From: Marsupella aquatica
Lineage: Eukaryota; Plantae; Marchantiophyta
Direction of reading: 5' to 3'
DNA length: 64,000 nt
Assembly: GCA_973895155.1 (NCBI GenBank)
Contig: OZ316896.1
Span: 17,906,754-17,970,753 of the forward strand
Positions 61,638 through 64,000 of the stretch are shown here, piece after piece. Each line of letters begins with the position of its first letter. Position 1 is the stretch's first letter. Under the pieces are notes generated by a model. The model was not told where the DNA came from. It did not search any database and worked only from the letters and a program-made list of their open reading frames with translations. Position numbers and translations under genes: made by a program.

Positions 61638-64000
61638 ATGGACATGACAGGGGGCGTGATTCAGGACCCACCTCTTGGGAAGTTCTCCGCATTGTCACTT
61701 GTTTGGACTCTTAATCAAGCTATCATTCCTTGGGAACGCCTGACAGACTTTAGGGATGGGGAGGGCAAAAGAGATCCTAAATTTGAGACATCTTTTTACA
61801 TTAGGACTTCAAAGAAATCAGATTCTGAGAACACAGATTGGGTAGAGTATAAGATATTCTGGTGTTCTTATGGCCCGCAAGAACACAATGTCAATCTATG
61901 TGTTCCTCCTCTCCAAGGAACACATCCAAAGTCAGGAATTGGGAGCAGGCCACGTCTATGCAAAAAGAACTTCAACAATCACGCAAAAAGGAATTGTCAA
62001 TGCCACTTCATTGCAAAGAGATTCAAGATGATCCCTGACGCTGTTCAAATCACCTATAGTAATAGGTACAAACTACCTTCTGACTCAAAATGAACTTCTA
62101 TGACTCTGTTCTTGCGTTCCAGTTTGAGTTTTCCTTACTGTTCTGCCACCATGTACTCTTCACATCAGAGTAAGTTATTTGCAATATAGTGTGTGTTCTG
62201 GCATCAAACTTCATTGAAACTATGTGATGTTGTTACTGTTCTGTCACCAAACATCACTGAAACTATGTGTGGTTATTACTGTTCTGGTTGCAGAATCCAT
62301 TGCAACCTCAGAGGCGACATAGTGCATGGTTCTTGGGAGCATGAAATGGGGCCGCCATCATGGGGGCCAAAGTGTAGTGTTGCTCCATGGCTGACCAACG
62401 AGTTGCAAAAACACCTAGAAGACTTGTTGAGGGCAAAGTGGTCTGTCCTTGACATATATGACCTACACTGCCAGTCACAATTTGAGAGGGATGGTGATGA
62501 TCGTGGCCATAATGTCACTGACATGGAAGTCACACTAAGCTTTGATGGTAGAGACGACCTTTTGTCAAAACAGGACCTGCGAAACCTGAAGAGGAAAATT
62601 GACAAAGAGTTGTGGTTATGGGATGACAATGACCAAGCCTCAATGCGGAAATGGAAATGCCTTTACCCTGAAAGAGTTTTTCTTTCCCATGAGTACTTGG
62701 AGGGACCTCCAGAGCAGGAGTTCATGCTTGGACTCCAATCACCTTGGCAGCTTGCTCAAATGACAAAGTTGTCTCATGGGTCGGTCTTGGCCCTAGACTC
62801 CACATTTGCAATTAACAAATATGGGGTCAGTTCTCTTGGTCCCTTTCCTACATTATCTTTTATTCATTTTTGTGATGTTATCGTGTGTTTGAATTACCGT
62901 TCTGGTTGATTTCTATGTTGAATGACATTATTGTTTTGGTTTATTTTTGTATTGACTGACATTACTGTTCTGGCATGTAACCTTAATTACATTTGTTATG
63001 ATGACAGTTTCCTTTCTTTACTCTTGTTGCATTTGATGAACACCAAATGAGACTACCCATAGCATGGTGTATACAACAGTCAGAGTCAGCAGAACATATT
63101 GGGTCGTTTTTACAAGCTGTGAAAGACAGAGCCTTGTTGACCAAACCAGATTGGAGTCCAAGTTGTTTCATCATCGACTGCGCTCAGGCTGAAGTTAGTG
63201 CCTTACAAGCAGTGTTTCCTAACATCCCAATATACTTCTGTAGTTGGCATGTCAGAAGGTATGTTTGAAACCACATACCACGGACCATTCTCATGTTTAG
63301 TTAACATCATCACTTATAGAGTCTTTCTGTTATAGTTCTACCCATTTCACTCACAGGTTCTTCCATACAGGGCTTGGAAGGAGAATCTGATCAAGAAGGT
63401 TCCCAACAGAGCCAAGCTCCTAAACATGAATGATGATCTTGGAGATTTAATGTATGCTGAGACTGAGGAAGACATGCAAGCCTTGTGGCATGCCTTCAAA
63501 ATTAAATACAACTCTGAAAAGCTATTTCTGAAGTATTTTGAGGACACTTGGATGTGCAGAACAGGTATGTGGTTTGCTATTTGGGATACGCCTGGCCATT
63601 TTAGTAAATTCTTTGTTGTCAACATGTCCATTCAATGGTCTAAGGTTTTTGTATTGTATTTATATCTTGCCATGTATTTTATTTTTGCAATGTTTTTGTA
63701 GTTGTTCTATACTGCACAAGTTTGTGTGCCTTTGTAGCTGTTCTGTATTGCATAATATCCTGTGTCTTTGTAGTTGTGGAATACTTCAGAACTCCGCCTG
63801 GATCTCTGGTACTTAATGTTGTGGCATGTCTTATATTCCAGCAAAGTGGATGAGGGCTGTTTGATCAATGCCCCGTGCCAACCAGAATACAAATGGTGCA
63901 ATTGAAGCTTGGCATTGCACTTTGAAAAAGATGATAAGGAGAGTAATAGGGGCCATTGGAGCACGTCGCCTTGATCGGATTGTGAATGCACTTTTTCAAG
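61638..64000 (+). pseudogene. MULE/MuDR-superfamily transposase (SWIM-type family), disrupted, truncated by the window end
   Basis: Exons 61638-62065, 62294-62825, 63008-63258, 63371-63564, 63842->64000. Motifs IPWERL, WCSYGP, CQCHF, LALDSTFAINKYG/FPFFTL, FIIDCAQAE, CSWHVRR/AW, NQNTNGAIEAWH. In-frame TGA at 63862-63864 and a frameshift near 63930 before RRLDRIV. Confidence 0.85.

Overview
Eukaryotic, intron-rich plant DNA. The alpha/beta-hydrolase-NB-ARC-LRR (HNL) genes suggest a non-seed plant such as a liverwort (inference). The main feature is a head-to-tail pair of apparently intact HNL immune-receptor genes (6501-12419, 18411-23971). Each carries an integrated NBR1-type ZZ zinc-finger exon between NB-ARC and LRR, flanked by duplicated phase-0 micro-exons. 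Other genes are an RMR-like PA-domain membrane protein lacking its RING-H2, a BCS1-like AAA-ATPase and an F-box/kelch protein. Mobile and repeat DNA includes a CACTA right end with organellar HSP90 pseudo-exons on its inner side, a 573-bp TIR element with an 8-bp TSD, a 3.2-kb two-LTR non-autonomous retroelement, a disrupted MULE-type transposase running off the window end, and many local tandem repeats. All gene models were read by eye from GT/AG sites and reading frame and need RNA-seq confirmation.
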